Notes: generated by a model from the sequence alone, not told the origin. 64,000 nucleotides of DNA from an uncultured Acidobacteriota bacterium (GCA_963770895.1 CAVYRF010000001.1:1760001-1824000); one strand, 5' to 3'; counted from the first letter of the stretch, positions 1 to 9,364 are shown. Made by a program: numbers and translations.

Positions 1-2
1 AC

Positions 3-281
3 AGGCTCTACAAGATCGTCGACGCGCTCGATCAGGTGGCCCACGACACCGGCAAGACGGTGCCGCAGATCGCCCTCAATTGGCTCCTCCAGCGGCCCAC
101 CGTGGCGACCGTCATCATCGGCGCGCGCAACGAAGAGCAGCTGCGGCAAAACCTGGGAGCCGTCGGCTGGGACCTCTCCCCGGACGCCGTCGCGGCGCTG
201 GATGCCGCGAGCGCCACCACCCTGGCCTATCCCTACTGGCACCAGCGCGGCTTCGCCGAGCGCAACCCGCCGCCGGTCTGA
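3..281 (+). CDS. Aldo/keto reductase, C-terminal part (5' end outside window)
   Basis: Open frame from the window start; QIALNWLLQRP-TVATVIIGARNEEQLRQNL is the typical AKR C-terminal motif. Confidence 0.9.
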   Translation, partial: RLYKIVDALDQVAHDTGKTVPQIALNWLLQRPTVATVIIGARNEEQLRQNLGAVGWDLSPDAVAALDAASATTLAYPYWHQRGFAERNPPPV

Positions 282-475
282 CGACCGCTCCACGCAAGTG
301 TCCGGGGCATGCGAAGGAACCGGACGGGTCGCCTAGCGCCGCCGCGATCCAAGGTCCCGCCGGGTGGCCGTTCCATACCACCTGGCGCAGGCCGATGCGC
401 CGTCAGTTCAGATAGTATTGCGCTTCGATGGTCACGTCCTGCTGCACTTCGACTTTGCTAACCAAAGGAGGAAGC

Positions 476-781
476 ATGCGCACCTGGATCGTCGCCCTGT
501 TTGTCCTCACCTGTCTGGTCGCTCCGCTCGCCGCTCACGCCGCATCGCAACCCGCGGCGGCCGCTTCCTTCCAACCCGCCGCCGTCGCGGCCAACCCGTT
601 CCAGCTCCCCGCGGAGCCCGCGGCGCAGCCGGCGGTGGCGCCGCAGGTCGCCGGCTTCCTGCAGTTCATCGCCACGACCGGCACCAGCCGCCAGCTGGGC
701 AAGGTCTGCTCGATCTCCTGCCGCGAATGCGTGTCCACCTGCCCGCCCGGCGAAGGGGTCTGCTTCCACGGCGGTTGCTGA
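476..781 (+). CDS. Small secreted protein with a C-terminal 6-Cys domain
   Basis: AAGGAGG RBS before ATG 476; signal peptide MRTWIVALFVLTCLVAPLAAHA; Ala/Pro/Gln-rich spacer; ends CSISCRECVSTCPPGEGVCFHGGC. Confidence 0.8.
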   Translation: MRTWIVALFVLTCLVAPLAAHAASQPAAAASFQPAAVAANPFQLPAEPAAQPAVAPQVAGFLQFIATTGTSRQLGKVCSISCRECVSTCPPGEGVCFHGGC

Positions 782-942
782 CCCTACCTTCGTTGCAGCC
801 AGGCGTCGTCGTCCACGGTGAGCCGTGGCGCGACGCCTGCGCCCCCCCGTCGTCCCTCCTGCCAGCCTTGCCGGCGACCGGTGCATCCCGCGGCCTCTCT
901 GTGAGAGCATGACGCCGGCACCGACCGGCGAAAGGACCAGCG

Positions 943-1749
943 ATGCGCGACGACCTGGCGGGAAAATCCATCATCGTTACGGGCGCGTCGCAAGGCATCG
1001 GCAAGGCGCTCTGCCTCGACCTGGCGGCGCGGCGCGCCAAGCTCACGCTGGTGGCGCGCGATGCCGCGGCGCTCGAGCAGGTCGCCGGGGCCTGCCGCGC
1101 CCTGGGCGGCCAGACGCTGGTGGCGCCGGCCGACGTCGCGCAGCCCACTGAGTGCGAAAACGTGGTCCGCCAGGCGATCGCGGCCTGGGGCGGCATCGAC
1201 GTGCTGATCAACAACGCGGGCATCAGCATGAGCGTCCGCTTCGATCAGGTGCAGGACCTGTCGGTTTTCGAGCGCCTCATGCGGGTCAACTACCTGGGAT
1301 ACGTCTATCTCACCTTTTTCGCCCTGCCCGAGCTCAAGCGCACCCAAGGCCGCCTGGTGGCGGTTTCCAGCCTGGCCGGCGTGAACGGCGTGCCCGAGCA
1401 CACCGGCTACGCCGCCACCAAGCACGCCATCTTCGGCTTCTTCGATTCCCTGCGCATCGAGCTCGCCGGCAGCGGCGTCTCCGTAACCCTGGTGGCGCCC
1501 GACTTCGTCCTCTCCGAGATCCACCGCCGCGCCGCCGGCGCCGACGGCCAGCCGATCGGCAAAAGCCCGCTGCAGGAATCCCGCATCATGACCGCGCAAG
1601 CCTGCGCGCGGGCGATCGTCGACGCAACCGAAAAGCGCCAACGCCTGCGCATCCTCTCCCTGCGCGGCCGCGTCGGCCGCATCGTCCGCCTCTTCGCCCC
1701 CGGCCTCATCGACGCCATCGCCGCCCGAGCCGTCCGCCGCGGCGTCTGA
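943..1749 (+). CDS. SDR family oxidoreductase
   Basis: TGASQGIG Rossmann motif, NNAG, catalytic YAATK; AAGGA RBS. Confidence 0.95.
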   Translation: MRDDLAGKSIIVTGASQGIGKALCLDLAARRAKLTLVARDAAALEQVAGACRALGGQTLVAPADVAQPTECENVVRQAIAAWGGIDVLINNAGISMSVRFDQVQDLSVFERLMRVNYLGYVYLTFFALPELKRTQGRLVAVSSLAGVNGVPEHTGYAATKHAIFGFFDSLRIELAGSGVSVTLVAPDFVLSEIHRRAAGADGQPIGKSPLQESRIMTAQACARAIVDATEKRQRLRILSLRGRVGRIVRLFAPGLIDAIAARAVRRGV

Positions 1750-1900
1750 CCCGCGCAAAGGACTGGAGAGGTTTGCGAGCGGCGGTCGCGGCGGCAGGTT
1801 GCGCGCTGCCGCCGCTCGCGGCCATGCCGCACGGCGTCGATACTGCGACCTTCCGGCCGCTCGCCGCCTCCGAGCCGCGGGTACCCCACCGCCGCCAAGC

Positions 1901-1998
1901 CAGCACCGTGTACACCTGGTGGCTCATCTTCGCCCCCGCAACAGGCAGCAGGCTGCATCGTGGTGATGCGGTGAGATTCCCAGGATGTTCAGTGCCAA
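1901..1998 (-). pseudogene. Internally deleted carbamoyltransferase remnant
   Basis: Reads LALNILGISPHHHDAACCLLR joined to SHQVYTVL, matching the first ~21 and last ~8 codons of the intact gene at 12373-14151 (MALNILGISAHYHDASCCLLR ... SHQVYTLL). Confidence 0.85.
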
Positions 1999-2113
1999 TC
2001 GCCTGCTTTCCGCGGTCCGCAAGGCCGCGGACAGCGCACCATCGCGCACCACCGCCGCGAAACCCATCCGCAGGGCACGATGTGCCGGCTCCCGAGGTGG
2101 AGTGACGGACGGC

Positions 2114-4354
2114 TCAACCGGCCACATCGATGGGCGCTTGCTGTCTCAGGGTGATCAACCCATGGCCGGCGAGTTTCTTGAGGTACCGCACCAGCCTCTC
2201 CACCTGCGGACTCTCGATGCTGCGCAGCAGATCGTCCAGCACGACCGGCTGGGGCGACTCCGTCAGCAACCGGTAGACCAGCGGGTCGAGGCAGATGCAC
2301 TTGGCACCCGCCATGCTCCAATATTTCCGCTGCCGTCCCGGCGCCAGGTTGGGCCGCGCCTCGGCCCACTCCTGAAACGAGCGGAGCGTCGGCTCGCGCG
2401 GCGTCTTGTCGAGCTGGCGCAGGTATGACGCCATGCTCTGGCGTTCTTTGATGATCTTGGCAAGATCGAATGGCGTATCGCGAACCACTCCCCGCGGTAC
2501 CACCACGCAGCCGTGCAAACCGGCATCGGCAATCTCGGTGCCATCGTCGCTGGTTTGTTGCAAATCGCGAAAAAAACGCCGTCCGTAATGATCGAAATAG
2601 ATCATGCTGTGCAGGCTGTCCACCCCTCCCGCCCAGGGCCTGCCCAGCAGGGCAGGAAAGACTCCCCCACGGTCTTCGAAGGAGGCATCCCGGTCCTCGG
2701 TGAGCAGCGTGCGCCCCTCGGCCTCGCCCGCTGCCTGTCCGTCCATCTCGTAGCCGGGAGCCCGTTCGATGTCGGCATCCTGCTTGTCGATCAACCGCAG
2801 TCCGAAACGCGAGGGGTCGCGGGCGACAATGGCCGACCCGGTGAGCTGGAAGGTCCCCATCCCGCCGGCGGACCAGAACCCGTCGTGCTCGCGGACGAAG
2901 CGCAGGGTCTCCTCTTTTTCGGCTGCGGTTTCCGACGGGAAGCCGCTGAATGTCATCAGCTGCACCGCCACTCCGGCGCCGGCAAAGTTCTTCATGGTCT
3001 CGCCCATGAAGGCAACCTTGGTGCCCTTGTCGATCAGATCGAGGACGCGCTGGTTGCCCGACTCCATGCCGAACGACACGCAGACGCAGCCGCTCTTCGC
3101 CAGCTTCTTGCAGCGCTCGGCGGAGAAGACCCTTTCCATGCGCAGCTCGGCGCCCCAGCGGATGTCCAGGCCGGCATCGACGATCGCATCGGTCAGGCGG
3201 TCCAGGTAGGCGGGCGACATCACGTCCACTGCGAAGTACACATAGCGGGTGTGGGTCGCGCCGACGATGTGAGCCAGATCCTCGATCACTTGATCCACGC
3301 CGCGCTCGCGCCACGGCGATGTCGGCTTCGAGGTGTTCAACCCATAGTCGCAGAAGGTGCAGCGATTCCAGTAGCAGCCGCGGGTCGGCGAGTAGTTGAT
3401 GCCGCGCTCCGGTGCCAGGTAGAGCTCCCATGGATAGCGGTAGAGGGGGCGGCCCAGCTGGGGTACGTTTTCATAGTGGATGTGCTGCGGCAGGAAGAGC
3501 TTCCCAGACCGTTTGTCGAAGGTGATCAGGTTCTGCACCCTGGCGCCAGGCACGACGCCGCCCGCATCGGCAATCTCGCACAGCGCAGTCTCGCCTTCGC
3601 CGACCACGATGCCGTCGCAGACGGCGAAAAAATCGGCCATGCGCTGCTTGTCTTTCATGTACTTGTAGAGCTGACTGATGGAGGTGCCGCCGAACAGCAC
3701 CTGCTTGGCAGGCCAGGCCTGCTTCACCCAGCGCGCCAGGTGCAAGGCGTGGAAAATCTGATGATCGTAGGCGACGCTGATGCCGACGCAATCGGCGGAG
3801 GAGAATTGCTCGTCCGCCGCCAGGCGCCCATCGAGGAAGCGGTCGAAGACCTGGCAGATCCTGCCGCCCAGGATCGGATCGAATAGATCGCGCAGATTGT
3901 AGGGTGAAAAGCGGCCGCGATTTGCCAGCCTGAAAGTGGTCAGCTCGCTCGGATAGCCGAGCGCTCCGAGCATCTCCATATAATCAGAGAGATCTGTTTG
4001 GTAGCGCTGGTAGTCTGGAAACGAAAGAAAGCAGCGGCGGTCACGCATCCCGGCGGCGGCGTGTCGAAGATCGTCATACCGCACCCGCCGCTGGCGCCAG
4101 AGTGCCAGATATTCTTCCTGCTCGGCAAAGCTGAGCGCAGCCTGGCGCTCGAAGGCGCTCAGCCGTCGCGCGGCCTCCTCGTAGAAGGCTGCGACGTTCT
4201 GCTCTTCCAGGGCCCAGTTGACCATCTCGATGTTGACGTCGCGGATCACCACGTCCGCAAACCCGGAATGAACCAGATGGCCGGCCAGGTAGGCGGTGGC
4301 GTGGTACGGCAGCGTCGGATCGTCGAGCGGAGGATGGGCCAACAGGATCTTCAT
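2114..4354 (-). CDS. B12-binding-domain radical SAM protein, paralog A (RiPP maturase, probable C-methyltransferase)
   Basis: CYWNRCTFC cluster motif; cobalamin-domain-like segment (VGISV...FGG...DGIVVGEGE); GMESG; C-terminal winged-helix/RRE-like segment; GAGGAG RBS. Confidence 0.9.
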   Translation of the reverse strand: MKILLAHPPLDDPTLPYHATAYLAGHLVHSGFADVVIRDVNIEMVNWALEEQNVAAFYEEAARRLSAFERQAALSFAEQEEYLALWRQRRVRYDDLRHAAAGMRDRRCFLSFPDYQRYQTDLSDYMEMLGALGYPSELTTFRLANRGRFSPYNLRDLFDPILGGRICQVFDRFLDGRLAADEQFSSADCVGISVAYDHQIFHALHLARWVKQAWPAKQVLFGGTSISQLYKYMKDKQRMADFFAVCDGIVVGEGETALCEIADAGGVVPGARVQNLITFDKRSGKLFLPQHIHYENVPQLGRPLYRYPWELYLAPERGINYSPTRGCYWNRCTFCDYGLNTSKPTSPWRERGVDQVIEDLAHIVGATHTRYVYFAVDVMSPAYLDRLTDAIVDAGLDIRWGAELRMERVFSAERCKKLAKSGCVCVSFGMESGNQRVLDLIDKGTKVAFMGETMKNFAGAGVAVQLMTFSGFPSETAAEKEETLRFVREHDGFWSAGGMGTFQLTGSAIVARDPSRFGLRLIDKQDADIERAPGYEMDGQAAGEAEGRTLLTEDRDASFEDRGGVFPALLGRPWAGGVDSLHSMIYFDHYGRRFFRDLQQTSDDGTEIADAGLHGCVVVPRGVVRDTPFDLAKIIKERQSMASYLRQLDKTPREPTLRSFQEWAEARPNLAPGRQRKYWSMAGAKCICLDPLVYRLLTESPQPVVLDDLLRSIESPQVERLVRYLKKLAGHGLITLRQQAPIDVAG

Positions 4355-4396
4355 CGCACATCTCCTCGCGCCTTGAAGCTCATCAAGGGGGCCGCG

Positions 4397-4975
4397 CTAC
4401 TCCTGCCTGGCAAGCCTGGCGGCCTGCGCAGCCTGGTGCTCGGCGACGAGCGACTTGAGCTTCGGCCACATCTCCTTGTAGGGGCAAAGGGAGCTGTTGA
4501 GGAACCGGCCGGCGGCCGCCGACCAGCCCCTGCCCAGCGGCAGCATGCAGGCGCCGAACTCGACCAGCCGGGCTACATTGGCGCGCACCGCCGGATGCGC
4601 CCACATCTCCGGCGCCATCGCCGGGCCGAAGGCGACCGGCCCGGTGAAGCTCAGATAACAGTGGGCGAGCAGCGTCTCCGCCGAACCTCCGGCGCAGCGC
4701 GCAAGGGTGGTGGCGCTGGCCGGTGCGACCAGGAAGAGATCGATGTCCTTGACCAGTTCGGGCGGGGAACGCATCGGACGCGGGTCGGACCACGGATCGA
4801 CATGCACGTCGACGCGCACCATGGCCTCGAGCGCCTGCGGATTGACAAAGCGAGCGGCGGCTGACGTCATGACCACCCGCAGCTCCTCGACCTCGGGCTC
4901 GGCCCGGAGGTTGATCAGGTAGGAGTGGATGTTAAGGACGCCGATCGAGCCGCTCACGCCGACCAGGATTCTCAT
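4397..4975 (-). CDS. HFCD-family flavoprotein (LanD/EpiD/PPC-decarboxylase-like), atypical
   Basis: ILVGVSGSI, VVMTSAAARF, LVAPASATT and PAMAPEMW motifs; lies directly after a precursor that ends in Cys. Confidence 0.88.
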   Translation of the reverse strand: MRILVGVSGSIGVLNIHSYLINLRAEPEVEELRVVMTSAAARFVNPQALEAMVRVDVHVDPWSDPRPMRSPPELVKDIDLFLVAPASATTLARCAGGSAETLLAHCYLSFTGPVAFGPAMAPEMWAHPAVRANVARLVEFGACMLPLGRGWSAAAGRFLNSSLCPYKEMWPKLKSLVAEHQAAQAARLARQE

Positions 4976-4997
4976 CGCGCAGGCTCCGCGCGCTGCC

Positions 4998-5044
4998 GCC
5001 GGTCTGCCGGAGAGGGCGTGCGACCGCCGTCTTGGCAGACCGGC
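4998..5044 (-). terminator. Stem-loop immediately downstream of precursor A
   Basis: Perfect 11-bp inverted repeat GCCGGTCTGCC (4998-5008) / GGCAGACCGGC (5034-5044); no U-tract. Confidence 0.6.
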
Positions 5045-5053
5045 CCTGACAGC

Positions 5054-5197
5054 TCAACAGCCGCCGTTGTTGTTGATATTGGTTTCTTCGTCTGAGGATG
5101 CCGCGCCGCCCGAGACATCTTCCAGCACGGTTTCGTCGATCTCACCGCTGCCAGCGTCCTCGAGTTCCTTTGCAACGTCTTCCGGTTTCTGGTCCAT
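5054..5197 (-). CDS. RiPP precursor A, 47 aa: MDQKPEDVAKELEDAGSGEIDETVLEDVSGG-AASSDEETNINNNGGC
   Basis: AAGGAGG RBS before ATG 5197; double-Gly leader EIDETVLEDVSGG; sits between the SPASM rSAM and HFCD genes. Confidence 0.92.
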   Translation of the reverse strand: MDQKPEDVAKELEDAGSGEIDETVLEDVSGGAASSDEETNINNNGGC

Positions 5198-5280
5198 GGA
5201 TTGCCTCCTTTGCCGGATCGCGACCGGCATTTGTCTGGTAAGGCACGCGGCACATGCCGCGCCCGTCGAAACCCTTACAT

Positions 5281-6756
5281 CTACTCGACGCCAGCCGCGG
5301 CGGTCTCGCCGTGCAACGGCACCGATGTCGATTCGCTTCGCCCCTCGACGGCGTCGATCAGTTCGAACTTGGCATTCCGGCGCAGCGGCGAGCACGGCGA
5401 ACTGCCGGTGTCCATGCGGATCTGCGGGCAGTAGACACCCTGGCAAACCGGCAGGATGGTGCACTTCCGGCACTTGGGGTCCTGCTCGAAGGCCGGTTCG
5501 GTCCACAACGCAAGCTTGTCCTGATCGAGCTCCATGCGACCGTCGGGGCGGAGGTAGCCCACCACGTTGCGGTCGTGCTTGTCGAGGTCGACCGTGCACT
5601 TCATCACCTTGCCGCTCGCCCCGATCAGGAAGTTGTAAGGCCGCGCCGCGTAGCAGACGTGCGAGCCCAGGCCCACTTCGGTGATCCCCGAGGCAAGGCT
5701 GAGGCCGCGCCGCTGGGCCTCCTTTTTCATCTCGCGTTCCATGCTCCAGGCGTCCTCGACGCCGCAGACCGCAAGGCTGGCGTCGTTCGGCCCACCCCAC
5801 TTGCCGACGGCGTAGAAGCGCATCTTGAAGCGCGGATCGCCGCCGAGCTCGCGCTCGATGATGTCGAGAAAGCCGCGGTAGCTCATCACGTTGTTGCGGT
5901 CGAAGTTGAAGCGCAACATGACCGTGAAGTCCTCGCTGCGGCGTGACAGCGCCTTGAGGTTGGCGAGGATGGTGCCGAAGGTTTCCTGGCCGTCGCGGGT
6001 GGGTCGAGTGCGGTTGTGGTCCTCCGGCACTCCGTCGATGGTGATCTGGAAAAACGCCACTTCCCAGGCCAGGAGCCGCTCGGCCACCTCCGGTGTGAGC
6101 AGGAAGGCGTTGGTGGTCATGTTGCTGGAGAAGCGGACCGAGTGTTCGCGGGCGATCGCCTGGAAGAACGGCGCGAGGTCCTCGATGGCCTCGAAGCCGT
6201 AGAGCGGCTCGCCGCCGAACCACGCCACCGACAGAGAGCTGAGCGAGCGGATGCGCGATTCGGTCAGCTTCTTGATGGCGGTGCGCACCGCCGGCTGCAT
6301 GGTGCCGCGGGCGAAGTCCTCGTAGCAGTAGGTGCAGCGGAAGTTGCAGTCTTCGGAGGCGAGGAGGATGAGTTGCAGGATGTCGGTGCGGTACTGGGCC
6401 TGGCCGAATTCGAGCTGGATGCGCCGGTATTCGTCAGTCCCCTCCTGGACCAGGAAGCCACGCTCGTAAAGGAGCTTGACGGCGCCCCGCCGTGCCGCCG
6501 TAAAACCCTTCTGCGTCAACAGGGTCTCGATCTTACGCCGGACTGCGACGGGGAAGACGCTCATCGTGCCGCGCAAGCTGTTCCACAGCACCAGACGGCC
6601 GTCGGTGGTGGTGGCGCGGGTGTTGTAGCGCGAGGGCACCCACCGCGTGGCGCCGGCCTCGGCCATCGCACTCCCTCCGGCGGGCACCGAGGGGATCTCC
6701 GTGTCGAGAGGAGATCGCACCAGAATGGGAAGCTTATCGCCGAGGCCGAGACTCAT
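5281..6756 (-). CDS. Radical SAM/SPASM domain peptide maturase
   Basis: CNFRCTYC, WFGGEP, SPASM cysteines (CYAA...KC...CRKCTILPVCQGVYCP...C); N-terminal RRE-like region; AAGGAGG RBS. Confidence 0.93.
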   Translation of the reverse strand: MSLGLGDKLPILVRSPLDTEIPSVPAGGSAMAEAGATRWVPSRYNTRATTTDGRLVLWNSLRGTMSVFPVAVRRKIETLLTQKGFTAARRGAVKLLYERGFLVQEGTDEYRRIQLEFGQAQYRTDILQLILLASEDCNFRCTYCYEDFARGTMQPAVRTAIKKLTESRIRSLSSLSVAWFGGEPLYGFEAIEDLAPFFQAIAREHSVRFSSNMTTNAFLLTPEVAERLLAWEVAFFQITIDGVPEDHNRTRPTRDGQETFGTILANLKALSRRSEDFTVMLRFNFDRNNVMSYRGFLDIIERELGGDPRFKMRFYAVGKWGGPNDASLAVCGVEDAWSMEREMKKEAQRRGLSLASGITEVGLGSHVCYAARPYNFLIGASGKVMKCTVDLDKHDRNVVGYLRPDGRMELDQDKLALWTEPAFEQDPKCRKCTILPVCQGVYCPQIRMDTGSSPCSPLRRNAKFELIDAVEGRSESTSVPLHGETAAAGVE

Positions 6757-6782
6757 GGCCGATCCTCCTTGGTAACACGCTT

Positions 6783-6811
6783 ACTGTAGATAAGCAATTT
6801 CATTTTGTCAA
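6783..6811 (-). promoter_or_regulatory. Sigma70-type promoter of the SPASM-precursor A-HFCD-rSAM operon
   Basis: Minus strand reads TTGACA-17 nt-TACAGT within an AT-rich patch, 26 nt upstream of the ATG. Confidence 0.75.
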
Positions 6812-6997
6812 GTTATGCGTAAGTCTATTATTCCTACATAGATGCAAGTTGGCGCGAAGGAACGCGCATGCTCTCCTCCCGCTTGGGGTCCGCGATGGCC
6901 GGCTTGCGCAGACGCGCTGGTGGTCGCGCCTTGCCTTCTGGCGTTAGGCCAGGGCAGCCCTCATAATCCGCCCCATGGAATGGAAAGGAGTCTCAGG

Positions 6998-7993
6998 ATG
7001 ACCTGTCGCCCGCCGCGGCCGCCGGCCTTTGCCATCGCCCTGCTGTGCGGAGCGCCGCTGTTCGCCCCTGGCGTCGCCGCCGCGCAGCAGGGCGCGCCGC
7101 CCGATCCCGCGGCGTATCAGCAGGAGATCGAAGCGTGGCGCGCCAACCGCGTCGCCAGCCTCAAGCAGGACCAGGGGTGGCTGGCCGACGCGGGCAGGTT
7201 CCGGCTGGACGAGGGAGAAAGCCGCGTCGGCAGCGATCCGGCGTCGCGCGTGCTGCTGCCGTCCGGCAGGGCGCCCGCCTTTGCCGGCACGCTGGCGCGG
7301 CACGGCGACGCGGTAACCTTCGTGCCCGCTCCCGGCCTGGCTCCGCCGCCCACCGCCGAGCGCCACCAGAACGGCGACCACGGCGCCCTGCTGGCCGCGC
7401 CGGCCGGCGGCGCCTTTGCGGGATCGCTGGTCCTGGCGGACGACAGCACCGAAGGCGGCCCGACCGTCGTCCACCTGGGCGCGATTTCGTTCTATGTCAT
7501 CCGGCGCTTCGACAAGATGATCGTCCGCGTCAAGGACGCCCAGGCCCCGGCGATCGCCGCCTTCCAGGGCATCGACAACTTCCCGCTGCGCGCCGACTGG
7601 CGGGTCCAGGCCCGCTTCGAGCCCTACAAGCCCCCCAAGCCGCTCACCATCACCAACGTCGTCGGTGAGATCGACGACGGCCTGGTGCCCGGCGCGGTCG
7701 TCTTCGACCACGACGGCCACTCCTACCGCCTGGACGCTTTCGACGAGGCCGACGGCCGCCTCTTCATCGTCTTCGGCGACCAGACCAACGCCTTCGAAAC
7801 CTACGGCGCCGGCCGCTTCCTGGACGCCGAAAAGCCCGCCAAGGACGGCCGCCTGATTCTCGATTTCAACAAAGCGTACAACCCCCCGTGCGCCATCTCC
7901 ACCTACGCCGTCTGCCCTCTGCCGCCGCGCCAGAACCGCCTCCCCGTCCAGGTCCAGGCCGGCGAAAAGACCTTCCGCGGGGCCCACGGCTGA
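6998..7993 (+). CDS. DUF1684-type secreted protein
   Basis: AAGGAG RBS before ATG 6998; signal-like N-terminus; FGDQTNAFETYGAGRFL and LDFNKAYNPPCA...CPLPP motifs. Confidence 0.88.
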   Translation: MTCRPPRPPAFAIALLCGAPLFAPGVAAAQQGAPPDPAAYQQEIEAWRANRVASLKQDQGWLADAGRFRLDEGESRVGSDPASRVLLPSGRAPAFAGTLARHGDAVTFVPAPGLAPPPTAERHQNGDHGALLAAPAGGAFAGSLVLADDSTEGGPTVVHLGAISFYVIRRFDKMIVRVKDAQAPAIAAFQGIDNFPLRADWRVQARFEPYKPPKPLTITNVVGEIDDGLVPGAVVFDHDGHSYRLDAFDEADGRLFIVFGDQTNAFETYGAGRFLDAEKPAKDGRLILDFNKAYNPPCAISTYAVCPLPPRQNRLPVQVQAGEKTFRGAHG

Positions 7994-8122
7994 GACGCCT
8001 CCCTTCTCAATGGCAGCCGCGCGACCTTGACTTGCCGCAGGGTTGCGCACAGCATATTGCGAAGATGCGTTAGTGCAAGCCACTGGACCTGACTCGGCCC
8101 GGTGGCGGGGGAGCGTGGCACC

Positions 8123-9364
8123 ATGATTCCCTACTTTCTGAACCTCGGCCAGAGCATCGAACGGGCCTGGCTGGCGCGGGGCTACGACGAAGAGGTGTTC
8201 CCTACGCTGGCGGTGGATCTCCTGGCGGAGAATCCACCGCAGCAGCATGTCGGGACGGCGGATGTCGTCGATTGGGTCTTCGGTACTTCCCACCCCTTTT
8301 TGCAGCCCGCTGGACGCGCCTTTTTCGGCGAGCCGCCGGTGCTGGTCTACCAGGGGCCGCGGTTCTATATCGAAGTTCTGTTCTGGATGGCGGCGACCAC
8401 CTCCATCCACGAGCATGGCTTCAGCGGCGCTTTCGCGGTCCTGGCCGGATCGAGCGTGCACAGCCACTGGCGTTTCGCGCGCGAGCGGACGATCAATTCC
8501 CGCCTGCTGTGCGGCCGGCTGGAGCGCGTGTCGACCGAGATCCTGCGGCCCGGCGCCATCCGCCAGATCGACTCCGGCAGCCGGCTGATCCACCAGCTTT
8601 TCCACCTGGAGCTGCCGTCGGTCACGATCGTCGTGCGTACCTATTCCGATCGCAAACATCAGCCGCAGTATCAGTACCTGCCGCCGGGACTGGCGATCGA
8701 CCCCGAGGACCACGACCCGCTGCGGGCGCGGCGCCTGCTGCTGCTCGACAACATGGCCCGCGGCCGGCTTCCGGGCCTGCCGGAGTACGCCGGCAGGCTC
8801 ATCGCCGTCGCCGATCCGGAGACGCTGTGGCAGATGTTCTCGACCTTGACCCGCCGCAAGGTGGACCGCGGCCTGCTCGACGGCCTGTTCCGGCTTGCCC
8901 GCGACCGCCACGGCGACGTGGTGGACCTGTTCCGCCGGGTGTGCGAAGACGAGCGGCGCACCCGCGTGGTGACCGCGCTGCGGGAAAAAGTCGTCGATCC
9001 GCAGGCGCGGTTCCTGCTGGCGCTGCTGATGCTGATGCCCGATCGCGACGCGATCGTCGAAACCGTGCAGCAACAGTTTCCCAACCTGCAGCCGGTGCCG
9101 GCGATCGAAACCTGGGTCGCATCCATGGCCGGCAAGGAAACCATCGGCTTTCACCTCACCGACCTCAACCGCCTCATCTTCCGCGGCCTGGTGGAAGGTG
9201 TCGACGCGGATGGCCTCTTGCAGCGGTTGCGGACCCAGCTCCAGGACGGCGCCGCCACCGATCCCGAGCACGCGCTCGACCACGCCAAGCGCATGGCGCG
9301 GCTGGACCTGTTCTATCCGTTGTTTTCACGTTCGCCGCTGCGCGAAGCGGCGCGGATGGCCTGA
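8123..9364 (+). CDS. Cupin (cysteine-dioxygenase-like) domain protein, candidate peptide oxygenase
   Basis: TSIHEHGFSGAFAVLAG ... LIHQLFH gives an HxH...H metal triad; convergent with precursor B. Confidence 0.75.
   Translation: MIPYFLNLGQSIERAWLARGYDEEVFPTLAVDLLAENPPQQHVGTADVVDWVFGTSHPFLQPAGRAFFGEPPVLVYQGPRFYIEVLFWMAATTSIHEHGFSGAFAVLAGSSVHSHWRFARERTINSRLLCGRLERVSTEILRPGAIRQIDSGSRLIHQLFHLELPSVTIVVRTYSDRKHQPQYQYLPPGLAIDPEDHDPLRARRLLLLDNMARGRLPGLPEYAGRLIAVADPETLWQMFSTLTRRKVDRGLLDGLFRLARDRHGDVVDLFRRVCEDERRTRVVTALREKVVDPQARFLLALLMLMPDRDAIVETVQQQFPNLQPVPAIETWVASMAGKETIGFHLTDLNRLIFRGLVEGVDADGLLQRLRTQLQDGAATDPEHALDHAKRMARLDLFYPLFSRSPLREAARMA

Noticed and set aside
5054-6223. 389-aa ORF containing precursor A at its end
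   Set aside because: Overlaps the SPASM gene out of frame; the RBS supports only the 47-aa ORF from 5197
6998-7993. DUF1684 gene as a RiPP enzyme
   Set aside because: Widespread secreted family with no evident link to peptide maturation; treated as a bystander
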